This document shows, piece by piece, positions 10,529-20,273 of a stretch of 64,000 bases of DNA (positions are counted from its first letter, which is position 1; the number at the start of each line of letters is the position of its first letter). This DNA comes from Terriglobia bacterium (GTDB lineage: Bacteria > Acidobacteriota > Terriglobia > 20CM-2-55-15). The position numbers and the translations under genes were made by a program. The stretch covers positions 640,001 through 704,000 of the forward strand of contig CBDAOY010000009.1 of the NCBI GenBank assembly GCA_965198225.1, given 5' to 3'. Below the pieces are notes generated by a model. It saw only the letters and a program-made list of their open reading frames with translations. It ran no database searches and was not told the DNA's origin.

Positions 10529-11167
10529 GTGATTGATATGTCGCATCTGGCAGAGAGACTCGCAGAGTTCGTCTACGAAGAGCTGACGGCGTCGGAGATG
10601 GAGGAGGCCCGGCAGCACGTCGCTCAGTGCCTCGAGTGCCAGGGGCGCGTCTCGGAGTTCCAGAAAGTGCAGCACGCGCTCGAGACGGTTCCCGACGTCG
10701 AGGTGCCGAGGCGGGTAGTTTTCGTGGGGTCCCGGAAACCGGCGACGAGGACGTGGGCGCCGCTCCGGTGGCTCGTTCCTTCCGCGACGGCCGCGGCGCT
10801 GGTGCTTGCGCTCGTGATCGGTGGACCGATTCGGTTGGACCGACACGAATCTGGCATGACGATCGCGTTTGGCGCGTTGCCCGAAGCCGAACCATTACAG
10901 GCGGCTGCCCAACCTGTCGTTGTCCCCCCGCAACCGGTGGACTACGAGCTCGTCGTAGCACGGGTCACCGCTGAACAGCAGGCCTGGCTGGAGTCCGAGC
11001 TGGAGAGCCGAATCCAGGGAATCGCAGCCGCGAACGGCAGGGAGGTCCAGCGCCTGAGGGCGGAAATGGCGTACCTGTCCGACCTGCAGCGTGTCGGGCT
11101 GCGGGACACGCTCGTGAACGCGTCTTCGATCCAGCTTCTGGCTGCGCGGACGGAGGTTCAGGAATGA
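10529..11167 (+). CDS. Anti-sigma factor with zinc-finger (ZAS) motif and TM helix
   Basis: HVAQCLEC (HxxxCxxC), one TM segment, directly downstream of the ECF sigma. Confidence 0.85.
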   Translation: MIDMSHLAERLAEFVYEELTASEMEEARQHVAQCLECQGRVSEFQKVQHALETVPDVEVPRRVVFVGSRKPATRTWAPLRWLVPSATAAALVLALVIGGPIRLDRHESGMTIAFGALPEAEPLQAAAQPVVVPPQPVDYELVVARVTAEQQAWLESELESRIQGIAAANGREVQRLRAEMAYLSDLQRVGLRDTLVNASSIQLLAARTEVQE

Positions 11168-11697
11168 GAACACTCCGGCTGTTGGTCTTGTTGATGATCG
11201 TTCCGGCTATCCTTCCCGCACAGGCCGGCACGGACCAGTTTTCCCGATTCCGCCAGGAATCCGCGGCGATCGCCGCCGCACTGGACGATGCCGTTTCTTC
11301 GATCGTGCCCGGACCCTTGTTGCAGCGATCGAAGGCCACGCAACTGGACGGTTACGGACTCGTGGTCACGGTCGAGGTTGCGCTGGAACCCCCGCGGAAT
11401 CCGTTTAGCGGAGTGAAGCAACCCGAAGAGATCCGTCGGTCGAGCGGCGATCGCCGCGAAGCTCTCAAGGAGAAAGCGGTCGAGCTGCTACAGAACAGGG
11501 TGGCGGGACTGTCCTCGGTCGGTCTGGATGAGCGCGTTGCGATCGTCATTCACATGCTGAACACGAATCCCGCCGACCTGCCCGACCTGCCCACCCAGAT
11601 TGTCGTCTCCGTCGGAAAGCAGGCGGCGGCCGACCTCGAGGCGCGCCGAATCAGCCCGGCCGCGTTCCGCGCCCGCGTGGACATCCGGGAATACTGA
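11164..11697 (+). CDS. Exported hypothetical protein
   Basis: Signal-peptide-like N-terminus; overlaps the anti-sigma stop codon. Confidence 0.7.
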   Translation: MRTLRLLVLLMIVPAILPAQAGTDQFSRFRQESAAIAAALDDAVSSIVPGPLLQRSKATQLDGYGLVVTVEVALEPPRNPFSGVKQPEEIRRSSGDRREALKEKAVELLQNRVAGLSSVGLDERVAIVIHMLNTNPADLPDLPTQIVVSVGKQAAADLEARRISPAAFRARVDIREY

Positions 11698-11703
11698 GAT
11701 CCC

Positions 11704-13398
11704 ATGAAGGCGCTACTGACTTTCGATCGGAGGCTTCTGGGCGGGCTGCTCCAGGAGCGCGGCCTGATTTCCGAAGAAGACCTGAATAACGCCCTGTCGC
11801 TGCAAGCCGAGCGGTCCGAACGAATCGGGAAAATACTGACGGATCTCGGATTCGTTTCCGAACGGGATGTTCTGTCGGTACTGAGCGAACAGATCGACGT
11901 CCCGCTGTTCAGCGGAGAATACCCGGCGGTCCCGATCGAAGCCGAGAAGCTCCCCTATCGTTTTCTCCGTCCGTTCAAAGTCCTGCCGGTGCACCTCGAG
12001 GATGACGTCCTGTCGCTGGTGATGGCGGATCCGTTGGATTCGGGAACCCTCTCCACGATCCGGTTGCGGACCGGCTATGACCTGAGGGTAAATCTGGGGT
12101 CCGAGTCGGACGTCACCGCGCAGCTGGACCGCCTCTACGGCGAAGAGGGAGGCGATGAGAAGCTGATCGAAACGCTCGGCGATGCGCTCAGCGATGACGA
12201 CGTCGACCAGCTTCGAGACCTTGCATCCGAAGTGCCCGTCATCCGGATGGTCAACCTGATCATCTCAAGGGCAGTGGAGTCGCGTGCGAGTGACATCCAC
12301 ATCGAGCCATTCGAGAAGGAGCTTCAACTCCGGTACCGCGTCGACGGTGTGTTGCAGAACGTCGATGCCCCGCCCAATCGGCTGCGGGGAGCGATCATCT
12401 CGCGCATCAAACTGATGGCGAAGTTGAACATCGCCGAACGCCGCCTTCCGCAGGACGGCAGGATCAAGCTGAAGGTGCTGGGGAAGGAGATCGACCTGCG
12501 AGTGTCGACGCTTCCGACGATGTACGGCGAGAGCGTCGTGATGCGGATCCTGGACAAATCGAACACCGACCTGATCGATCTCCGCCGACTCGGTTTTCCG
12601 GAGGACCTCTACTCGAAGATCTGCGGGATGACCTCCAAACCCCATGGAATCGTGCTGGTCACTGGACCGACGGGCAGCGGGAAGACGACGACCCTCTACA
12701 GCGCGCTGAAGAGAATCAACATTCCCGATCGAAAGATCATCACCATCGAAGACCCGGTCGAGTACCAGATGGACGGCATCAACCAGATCCAGGTGAACTC
12801 ACAGATCGGCCTCACTTTCTCGGCCGGCCTGCGCCATATCGTCCGGCAGGACCCGGACGTGATCATGATCGGCGAGATCCGGGATCTGGAAACAGCAGAG
12901 ATCGCGATCCGGGCCGCGCTGACGGGCCATCTGGTTTTCAGTACGCTCCACACCAATGACGCTCCCAGTGCGATCACGCGCTTGATCGACATGGGGGTCG
13001 AGGACTACCTGCTGGCCTCTTCGCTGATCGGGATCCTGGCCCAGCGTCTCGTTCGTGCCAACTGCGAGAAGTGTCGCCGCACCGAGCGGATATCGGTCCA
13101 GACTGCCCGGGATCTGGATTTTCCGTTGGAAGAGTCCGAGGGTTTTGTCGAGTTGCAGAAGGGGCCCGGTTGTGAGGATTGCGGTTATACGGGATACGAA
13201 AGCCGCCTGGGCATATTCGAGCTCGTCGATATCGATGAGGCTCTTCGCCAAGTGATCATCACGAACCCCGACGCGAACGCACTGAGGGGGCAGGCGATTC
13301 GTTCCGGCATGCGCACGCTCAAGGAAGACGGCTGGAAGAAAGTGCGGGACGGGACCACCACGCCGGACGAAGTCCTCCGGGTGACGCAGGAAGTCTGA
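11704..13398 (+). CDS. gspE: Type II secretion ATPase GspE with MshEN-like N-terminus
   Basis: ASDIHIEP, Walker A GPTGSGKTTT, TIEDPVEY, RQDPDVIMIGEIRD, tetracysteine motif; N-terminal RLLGGLL...ERIGKIL repeats. Confidence 0.93.
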   Translation: MKALLTFDRRLLGGLLQERGLISEEDLNNALSLQAERSERIGKILTDLGFVSERDVLSVLSEQIDVPLFSGEYPAVPIEAEKLPYRFLRPFKVLPVHLEDDVLSLVMADPLDSGTLSTIRLRTGYDLRVNLGSESDVTAQLDRLYGEEGGDEKLIETLGDALSDDDVDQLRDLASEVPVIRMVNLIISRAVESRASDIHIEPFEKELQLRYRVDGVLQNVDAPPNRLRGAIISRIKLMAKLNIAERRLPQDGRIKLKVLGKEIDLRVSTLPTMYGESVVMRILDKSNTDLIDLRRLGFPEDLYSKICGMTSKPHGIVLVTGPTGSGKTTTLYSALKRINIPDRKIITIEDPVEYQMDGINQIQVNSQIGLTFSAGLRHIVRQDPDVIMIGEIRDLETAEIAIRAALTGHLVFSTLHTNDAPSAITRLIDMGVEDYLLASSLIGILAQRLVRANCEKCRRTERISVQTARDLDFPLEESEGFVELQKGPGCEDCGYTGYESRLGIFELVDIDEALRQVIITNPDANALRGQAIRSGMRTLKEDGWKKVRDGTTTPDEVLRVTQEV

Positions 13399-14612
13399 TG
13401 GGAACCTTCGCATACAAAGCGGTCAACCCCCAGGGGAAGCATTTCCAGGGTCGCGTCGAGGCGGCCGACGTTTCCGCGGCCGCGTTCAGCGTCAGGAACA
13501 TGGGACTGATTCCCGTGTCGATCGATGAGCCTTCGACAAAACCGTCCGGCCGAAGCCTACCCACCCTTCGACTGCAGAGGGTCACAAGGAAAGACATTCT
13601 CTTCTTTACCGAGGAGCTGGCGACGCTCGTTCGTGCGGGCTTGCCGTTGGACCGCAGCCTCAGCATCACTCGCGAACTGGCGCCGAAACAGGTCCTGAGA
13701 GAAGTGATCGACGATCTGTTGAAGCAGATCAAAGGCGGCAAGTCGCTGGCCGAGGCACTGGCAGCGCATCCAAAACAGTTTTCCCGTCTTCACGTGAGCA
13801 TGATCCGCGCGGGTGAGGCCGGTGGCGTTCTGGATGTGATCCTGGACCGATTGGCGGAGTTCGAACGTTCTGCCGACGAGCTTCGTTCCTACCTGATCGC
13901 GTCGCTCGTGTACCCCATCCTGTTGACATTGGTCGGACTGGGGTCGTTCGGAATCCTGTTTTATTTTGTGATTCCGCGTTTCGCGACGATCTTCGACGAC
14001 GTCGGTGCCGAGATGCCCACGTCAACGCTCGCCCTCTTGACGATGTCTAATTTCACCCGTGACTACTGGTGGGCGGTTCTTGCCGGCCTCGCGCTGCTAG
14101 CTCTGGGTGTGCGGGGTTGGCTGCAGACGGCGGGGGGACGGCGGATGTGGAATATCGTCCAATTCAGGATGCCGCTGTTCGGTCCGACGTTGCTGAAAGT
14201 TGAAGTAGCACGCTTTGCGCGAACCCTCGGTACGCTGATCAGCAGCGCCGTCCCGTTGATTGCGGGGGTCCGTATCGTGCAGGACATTGCCCATAATCAG
14301 ATCCTGGCTGAGGCGATATCGAAGATTGCCGACGGCGCGAAGCGCGGCGAAGGGGTGTCCAAGCCCATGCGCGATGCTGGCGTTTTCCCGGGGTTGGCCG
14401 TCCACCTGGTCGGCGTCGGGGAGGAAACCGGGCGTCTGGACGCGATGCTGCTCCAACTGGCCGACGTCTACGAGAAAGACGTCAAGACCTCAGTTAAGGC
14501 GCTAACGGCCGTCTTCGAGCCCCTGATCATACTCGTCATGGGTATACTGATCGGGACTGTTGTGCTATCGATGCTGATGGCGATTTTCAGCATCAACGAC
14601 ATCGCGTTCTAA
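13398..14612 (+). CDS. gspF: Type II secretion inner-membrane platform protein GspF
   Basis: AGEAGGVL, YPILL, GEETGRLD, EPLIILVMG motifs. Confidence 0.92.
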   Translation: MGTFAYKAVNPQGKHFQGRVEAADVSAAAFSVRNMGLIPVSIDEPSTKPSGRSLPTLRLQRVTRKDILFFTEELATLVRAGLPLDRSLSITRELAPKQVLREVIDDLLKQIKGGKSLAEALAAHPKQFSRLHVSMIRAGEAGGVLDVILDRLAEFERSADELRSYLIASLVYPILLTLVGLGSFGILFYFVIPRFATIFDDVGAEMPTSTLALLTMSNFTRDYWWAVLAGLALLALGVRGWLQTAGGRRMWNIVQFRMPLFGPTLLKVEVARFARTLGTLISSAVPLIAGVRIVQDIAHNQILAEAISKIADGAKRGEGVSKPMRDAGVFPGLAVHLVGVGEETGRLDAMLLQLADVYEKDVKTSVKALTAVFEPLIILVMGILIGTVVLSMLMAIFSINDIAF

Positions 14613-14629
14613 GGAACCAGGAGGAAGCC

Positions 14630-15094
14630 GTGAACAGTTCAGGTCGTTTCGAAGCGAAGGACGATCGACGTGCCCGCCGAGGAAGGGATCGAGAGTCGGG
14701 CATCACGCTGATCGAGCTGCTCGTCGTGATGGTCATCATCTCCCTGTTCGCCACCCTGGTCGGCGCGCGTTTGTTCAGTAACGTCGACAAGGCCCGCCAG
14801 ACAACGGCCAAGGCACAGATTTCAGAGTTCGAGACGGTGCTCGACCTCTTCCGCCTCGACGTGGGCCGTTACCCGACCGCGTCGGAAGGGCTTCAAGTTC
14901 TGAGGGTCGACCCCGGCGGTATCCGGAACTGGGACGGCCCGTACCTGGGCAAGAACGTCCCGATGGATCCGTGGGGGAACTCTTACGTGTACCTGTACCC
15001 CGGCGAGCATGGAGACTTCGACCTCCTGTCGCTCGGAGCAGACGGTGAACAAGGCGGCGAGGACGTGAACCTCGACATCGTGAGCTGGCAGTAG
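14630..15094 (+). CDS. gspG: Type II secretion major pseudopilin GspG
   Basis: GITLIELLVVM prepilin motif, WDGPYL, DPWGNSY, GADG. Confidence 0.93.
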   Translation: MNSSGRFEAKDDRRARRGRDRESGITLIELLVVMVIISLFATLVGARLFSNVDKARQTTAKAQISEFETVLDLFRLDVGRYPTASEGLQVLRVDPGGIRNWDGPYLGKNVPMDPWGNSYVYLYPGEHGDFDLLSLGADGEQGGEDVNLDIVSWQ

Positions 15095-15195
15095 GTTCCC
15101 GTCCAGCCACGGCATCCCGTACGCGTATCCCGCTGAATTTCAGTATTTTTTCCTGCCCGTTCGTCCTTTTCGGCCCAGCAGGCGTCATCACTGAC

Positions 15196-15591
15196 ATGAA
15201 CCGTGCGAGAGGACTGTCCCTGGTCGAGGTGATGATTGTCATGACGATCATTGCCCTGTCGGTCGGGCTGGTCGGACCGCGGATCGGTGCCGGCATGACC
15301 CGAATCGAGATCTACCAGGCCGAGCAGACCATCCGAAGCTTCGTGGAGATGGCTCGGTCCCGGGCTCAGCGGTCCAATCTTGCCCATTTTGTAGTGCTGA
15401 ATCGCCGTGGGCCGACGGTAACGCTGGTAGGGCCCGACATGAGCATCATTCGAGAACGCGAATTGCCTTCTTCGGTGGAACTCGTCGCCGATTCCGAAGC
15501 TGGCATCGAGTCGATCTACGTTCCTCCCTCGGGCCTGCTCCGGGGCCAGTCGGATCCAGCTGCGGTCCCGCTTTCGGGCCCTTCGAGGTGA
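15196..15591 (+). CDS. Minor pseudopilin, GspH-like
   Basis: GLSLVEVMIVM prepilin cleavage motif; the 3' end may be frameshifted. Confidence 0.75.
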   Translation: MNRARGLSLVEVMIVMTIIALSVGLVGPRIGAGMTRIEIYQAEQTIRSFVEMARSRAQRSNLAHFVVLNRRGPTVTLVGPDMSIIRERELPSSVELVADSEAGIESIYVPPSGLLRGQSDPAAVPLSGPSR

Positions 15592-15598
15592 CCTTCCA

Positions 15599-16060
15599 GT
15601 GAGGTACCAGCGAGAGGCTTCACCCTGATCGAAGTGGTCGTTGCCGTCGCCATACTGGGGCTGTCTTCGAGCGCCCTTTTCGGCCTTTTCAGCACTTCGG
15701 TCGACAATCTCCGACGGATCGAGAAACTCCACCGCTACCATCTCGCGGCCGCGGACGTCATGAATCGGGTCCTCCTGCTGCCGGTCCTTCCGGCGGACGG
15801 ACAGGCCGGCGGCCGTCTGAGCCAGATCGATGCGGACTGGAGGGTGAGAGTGGAGCCCTGGATTCCCGAGAGTTTCGACCAGCGTCCGGAGCAGGCGATT
15901 GTGAAAATTGTCGTTGAGGTGGAGTTCGATGGGCGTTCCGGGCGGCGAAACATCCGCTTGGAGACGGTGAAGCCGTCCGCGCTGACCTATAGCCCCTCAG
16001 GACTTCCAACGTGCGATCGAACGATGTGTTTCCGGAATGAATCGAGGCAGAGGCTTGTGA
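15599..16060 (+). CDS. Minor pseudopilin, GspI-like (apparent frameshifts)
   Basis: GFTLIEVVVAVAIL at 15616 has no in-frame start; probable GTG start at 15599; reads through into the next pilin gene as given. Confidence 0.65.
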
Positions 16061-16638
16061 GAATCGATTCCGCGCACCAGGCAGAGACCGGATTCACGCT
16101 GATCGAGGTGATGGTCAGCCTCGCGATCGTCGGATTGATCATGACCTTCATGTTTTCCGGATTGAGCGTCGGGATGGATACCTGGGAGCGCGGCTCCGGG
16201 AAGATCCTGGAGATCGAGAATCGGGCACGCGTGGAAGGGCTTCTCCGACGCCAGCTTGCGCTGGCTTCTCCGGAGGAGTTCGAAGGCGCCGATGGCGCTT
16301 TTGTCCTTTTTGCCGGCGATAACCGGAGGCTCGAGTTCGTCTCCGCCTACTCGTTGATCGATGGAGCGGTCCAGGCTCGCAAGATCGACTATGCCGTCGA
16401 GGATGGCGGGTTCGTGTACGACGAGCAGTTCTTGTTTGATCACGAGCCGGACCAGACTCCGAATCGTCAGGGGAAGCTGTTGGCCCAGTTTCAGAACGTC
16501 GCGTTCCGTTACCTGGGCTCGGATCGTGACGGGAGACTGCAGTGGATCGATGAGTGGGAATCCGGTGCCGGCCTGCCCGGCGCCGTCCAGGTTCGGATTG
16601 ATGACGACTATGTCGTCGTTCCCCTGATTTACCGATGA
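16057..16638 (+). CDS. Minor pseudopilin, GspJ-like
   Basis: Second prepilin motif GFTLIEVMVSLAIVG; C-terminal W...LPGAVQV; GTG at 16057. Confidence 0.75.
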   Translation: MRIDSAHQAETGFTLIEVMVSLAIVGLIMTFMFSGLSVGMDTWERGSGKILEIENRARVEGLLRRQLALASPEEFEGADGAFVLFAGDNRRLEFVSAYSLIDGAVQARKIDYAVEDGGFVYDEQFLFDHEPDQTPNRQGKLLAQFQNVAFRYLGSDRDGRLQWIDEWESGAGLPGAVQVRIDDDYVVVPLIYR

Positions 16639-17619
16639 ACAACCGCGGCGTCATCCTGTTGAGCGTTCTATGGGTCGTGTTGATCCTGTCGGTGATCTCG
16701 CTGTCGCTGGCGGCCGCCGTGCGGACGGAGATGTCCAGCCTGCGGGGCGGCTTCGATTCGGAACGGGCTTTTTTCATGGCGCGTGGAGCTGCGGAGGTGA
16801 TGTACGAGGACTTGATGGCGGACGAGGATCTGCTTGCAGGACTCACCGGTGGAATTGGTGAACGGAGAATACGTTTTCCCGTTCGATACGGGAGAAGTTC
16901 GAGTCCGGCTCGAGTCCGGTCGGGGCCGCATCGACATCAACCAGGCGTCGGACATGATACTGGCTTCGATGTTCGACTCCCTGGGCGTCGACCAGAATAC
17001 CCGTAACCGCCTGGTCGACTCGATTCTGGACTGGAGAGACAGCGACGATATTCCGCATCTCTACGGAGCCGAGATCGGAGACTATGATGCCGTCGATGGG
17101 AGGCGTTTGCCCGCGAACGGCGTCTTTCGATTTGTCGACGACATCCTGTTCGTGAAGGGAATGACGCCGGAATTGTTCTACGGCCGACTGAGCATGGACC
17201 CTACGTCGGGCGGCTTCAGCCGGGTCCCCGGGGTTCGGGAACTGGTCACCACGGAATCCGCTACGGCTCAGGTGAATCCGAACGAGACATCCGTCGACGT
17301 TCTGAGGGCACTGCCGGGAATCGACCCGATAGTTGCCCGTGCCATCGTCGAGGCGCGAGAGGACGGATTCTTCGACGATCTGGGCGACCTGGTCGAGCGG
17401 GTACCGGTACTGTCCGAGAGCGACGTTCTGGGTTACTTCACATTCGAAAGCGACGGTCCGGTGACGGTCGTTTCGAGGGCACAGGCGCTCCCTTCCGGCG
17501 TGTCGCGTACCGTTCGTCTGGTTCTGCGGCGGGAAGAACGATTGCAGATCCTGAGTCTCAATCCCCTCTTCTACCGCAGGTTACAGGAGCTGAAGCTCGA
17601 CCGGTGGCAGTATGAATAG
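16635..17619 (+). CDS. gspK: Type II secretion protein GspK (split by a frameshift near 16834)
   Basis: RGVILLSVLWVV N-terminus, then ESGRGRIDIN, ILDWRDSDD and helix-hairpin-helix LRALPGID in a second frame. Confidence 0.82.
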
Positions 17620-18955
17620 CTTTTTGCCCAAGACTATCGCCGGTTTCGAGGTCGCCGGGGATGATCTCCGTGTCACTGTCGTTCGTGCGGCATTCAACAA
17701 CAGACGCCTGATCTCTTCTTTTGTCGTTGAGGACTTTGTTGGGATGGGTACCGACGAGCGACGAGCTGAGCTTGAGAAGGTTGCTGAACGGCACCAATTC
17801 CGTAGTGCCAGAGCATTCCTCAGCCTCCCGGAGTCGACCGGGATGGTGCGGTACCTGGAACTACCCGTTGAAGTTCGCGAGAGCTTGAGACCCGCGGTGG
17901 AATTCCAGGTCGAGAGTCTTTCGCCATGGCCGAAGGAAGAAATCTATTGGGGCATGTCGTCGAAAGATCGAGGAAAGCCGGGCAAGCCTCTGCATGTGAC
18001 GATCGCGATCATCACGCGCGAAGGACTCGATCCGTGGATCGACCTGTTCTCCTCGGCGAGTCTTCCGTTGACAGGGGCAACGCTTTCAACCCTCGCGTGT
18101 GCTCACGCGGCAACCGAATTGTGGCCGGACGCTCGGCCGACGGTTCTGGTCGGCCTGGAGTCGGAATACGCCGAGGGCTGCCTGGTCCACGATGGTCGGA
18201 TGACCTCCCTCAGAGTAGACGAGGCTGGTTCGTCCAGCCAGCGAGCCGCGTCCGTGATCGCGCGACTCGCCAGCCTGGCTCGCGTAGCGAGCCTCGAAAG
18301 CGCGCGCACCATAGCCCACGGTTCGAAGCTCGAAGATCTGGATGAGGACAATCCGCGCCTACCGCTCAAGGGGACAGTCGGCCGTCCGAGGGGTCTTTTC
18401 GGGGCCCTCGCCGCTGCTCTGTCCGGCATCGGAGAGAGTCCGTTTGCGGTGAACATCATCCCATCCCAGCGGAGGCACCGAAGCAATCAGGCGCAGCTCG
18501 TGCCGACCTTTGTGCTCGTTTTGCTGCTGATCCTTGTCGGCACCGCGCTGGGGCTGCGCGGACCCTACCAATGGTCCGTCTACGCTTCGGAGCTGGAGAA
18601 CGCGATTCGCGCCGTCGCCCCGACGGTCCGGGACCTGACGGACCAGGAAACGGAGTTGAACGCACTCTCGGAGAAGTACCGGGCCCTGAGTGTGCACCTC
18701 ACGGGAGGCGATTCCACGTTCGAATTGCTCCTGGAACTGGTTCGCGTTCTGCCTCCCGACACCTGGTTGAGCGCGGTTTCGCTGCAGCAAGGGGCTGCGA
18801 CGATCACGGGTTTTTCCGGAAGTGCTTCAGAGATCCAGCGACTGATCGAAGAGAGTCCGCTGTTTGAAGACGCCGAGTTCGCGAGCTCCGTTACGCGTGA
18901 TGACGCCGGGCGCGACCGCTTCACCCTGCGTTTCGGTGTTGGAGGTGAGTCGTGA
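17612..18955 (+). CDS. GspL / PilM-PilN-like assembly protein
   Basis: Cytoplasmic domain, single TM, coiled coil, LPPDTWL...ITGFS...SPLF periplasmic PilN-like domain. Confidence 0.78.
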   Translation: MNSFLPKTIAGFEVAGDDLRVTVVRAAFNNRRLISSFVVEDFVGMGTDERRAELEKVAERHQFRSARAFLSLPESTGMVRYLELPVEVRESLRPAVEFQVESLSPWPKEEIYWGMSSKDRGKPGKPLHVTIAIITREGLDPWIDLFSSASLPLTGATLSTLACAHAATELWPDARPTVLVGLESEYAEGCLVHDGRMTSLRVDEAGSSSQRAASVIARLASLARVASLESARTIAHGSKLEDLDEDNPRLPLKGTVGRPRGLFGALAAALSGIGESPFAVNIIPSQRRHRSNQAQLVPTFVLVLLLILVGTALGLRGPYQWSVYASELENAIRAVAPTVRDLTDQETELNALSEKYRALSVHLTGGDSTFELLLELVRVLPPDTWLSAVSLQQGAATITGFSGSASEIQRLIEESPLFEDAEFASSVTRDDAGRDRFTLRFGVGGES

Positions 18956-19559
18956 AGCTGGAGATTCGACAGCGAGACCGTCGAGCGCTCCTCCTGCTGG
19001 GCGTTTCGCTGGGCCTGTATTTCGTCCTGTCCGAAGTTGCTTTCCCCGCCTACGATAGACTGGCCGCGGCCGTCGATATCGCTCTGGATCGCGAAGACCA
19101 GTTGCGTCGGTATCGCCGCGCGGTCGTGCGAAAGGGCGACTACGGGCAGCTGCTCGAAGAGGCCCGCCGGCGTGTCGATGAGGGCGAGCGCTCCTGATCC
19201 GCGGCGACAACCCGTCGCTGGCCTCTGCCGAGCTGCAGACGATAATCGAAGAAATCGCCGAGGCCACGGGAGTCGAGCTGGGTCAGCGGAATATGTCCGC
19301 GGCCAGGCAGAAGGACGAGTTTTTCAATGAGATTACGATGACGCTCGGGTTTGATTGTACGCCCGGGCAACTCGTCGCTTTTCTCGAACAGTTGCGTGGC
19401 TCGGAGAAACTTGTCGCGGTGAGGTCGATCCAGATCGCTCCGCTAAGCGTCGTGGATGAATTGAGCGAGGGGATGGAGCTCCGGAAAGATGTGCGCGTGG
19501 ACCTGACCGTCGGGGCCGTCCTGGCCAGCCCCCCGGAGGGCGATCCGGTCGAGGGTTAA
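18952..19559 (+). CDS. GspM / PilO-like protein (frameshift near 19190)
   Basis: RDRRALL plus TM, then ASAELQ...LVAFLEQL in another frame; operon position. Confidence 0.7.
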
Positions 19560-19562
19560 TCG

Positions 19563-20273
19563 ATGAAACGAGAACTGATAATCATCAACGTGATTCTGGC
19601 GCTGACGGTGATCGGCGCGACCGTGGAACTGCGCACAGAGTGGGTCGGGTTCGAAACCACCCATTCACCGGCCGGCATCCAGTTTGACGGTGAGGCGCTC
19701 AGCGCTCCGGACGAAGCCGATAGGACAGTCAGCCCCATCCAGGACTGGACCGCCATCGCGGAACAGAACCTGTTCAGCTTCGACCGAAACGATCTGGCAA
19801 TCGAGACCTCGGAAGGTCCGGTCGCGGCAGGTCCTCCTCCGTTCCTGTTCGGCACGATGTCGCTCGGTGAAGATCCGATGGCCATGCTGGCGATTGGCGA
19901 GCCAGGGAATCGGGAGTACCGACCGGTGCGGATCGGAGAAGTGTTCGATGGCTGGGAGCTGGTCGAGATCCTCGACAAGTCGGTGCGCATTCGCTCCGGC
20001 GGAGTCGAAACCACCGTGATCATGAACGACCCGACTGCTCAGATGCCCAGAGATCAGAGTCGGACGATCGCCCGGAGTGGGGCTGCTCCAGCAGTGTCTA
20101 CTGTCCAGGCTCCGGCGGCGGCAGCGGGTGTTCAATCGGGCGTGAACCAGCCTACTACGCGTCAATCCGGGACGGCGAATCGCGGAGCCGTCACCGAAGA
20201 CAATGTCCCGCCTGGATTCGTGATCCAGCGGACTCCGTTTGGTAACCGGCTTGTGCCGAAACCCCAGCCATGA
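19563..20273 (+). CDS. GspC/PilP-like T2SS accessory protein
   Basis: N-terminal TM, NLFSFDR, VRIGEVFDGWELVEI HR-like domain; lies just before the secretin. Confidence 0.6.
   Translation: MKRELIIINVILALTVIGATVELRTEWVGFETTHSPAGIQFDGEALSAPDEADRTVSPIQDWTAIAEQNLFSFDRNDLAIETSEGPVAAGPPPFLFGTMSLGEDPMAMLAIGEPGNREYRPVRIGEVFDGWELVEILDKSVRIRSGGVETTVIMNDPTAQMPRDQSRTIARSGAAPAVSTVQAPAAAAGVQSGVNQPTTRQSGTANRGAVTEDNVPPGFVIQRTPFGNRLVPKPQP

Noticed and set aside
15634-16638. Apparent GspI-GspJ fusion with two prepilin motifs
   Set aside because: Better explained by an indel removing the GspI stop; a GTGA overlap at 16057-16060 gives a normal two-gene layout, and nearby genes also have indels.
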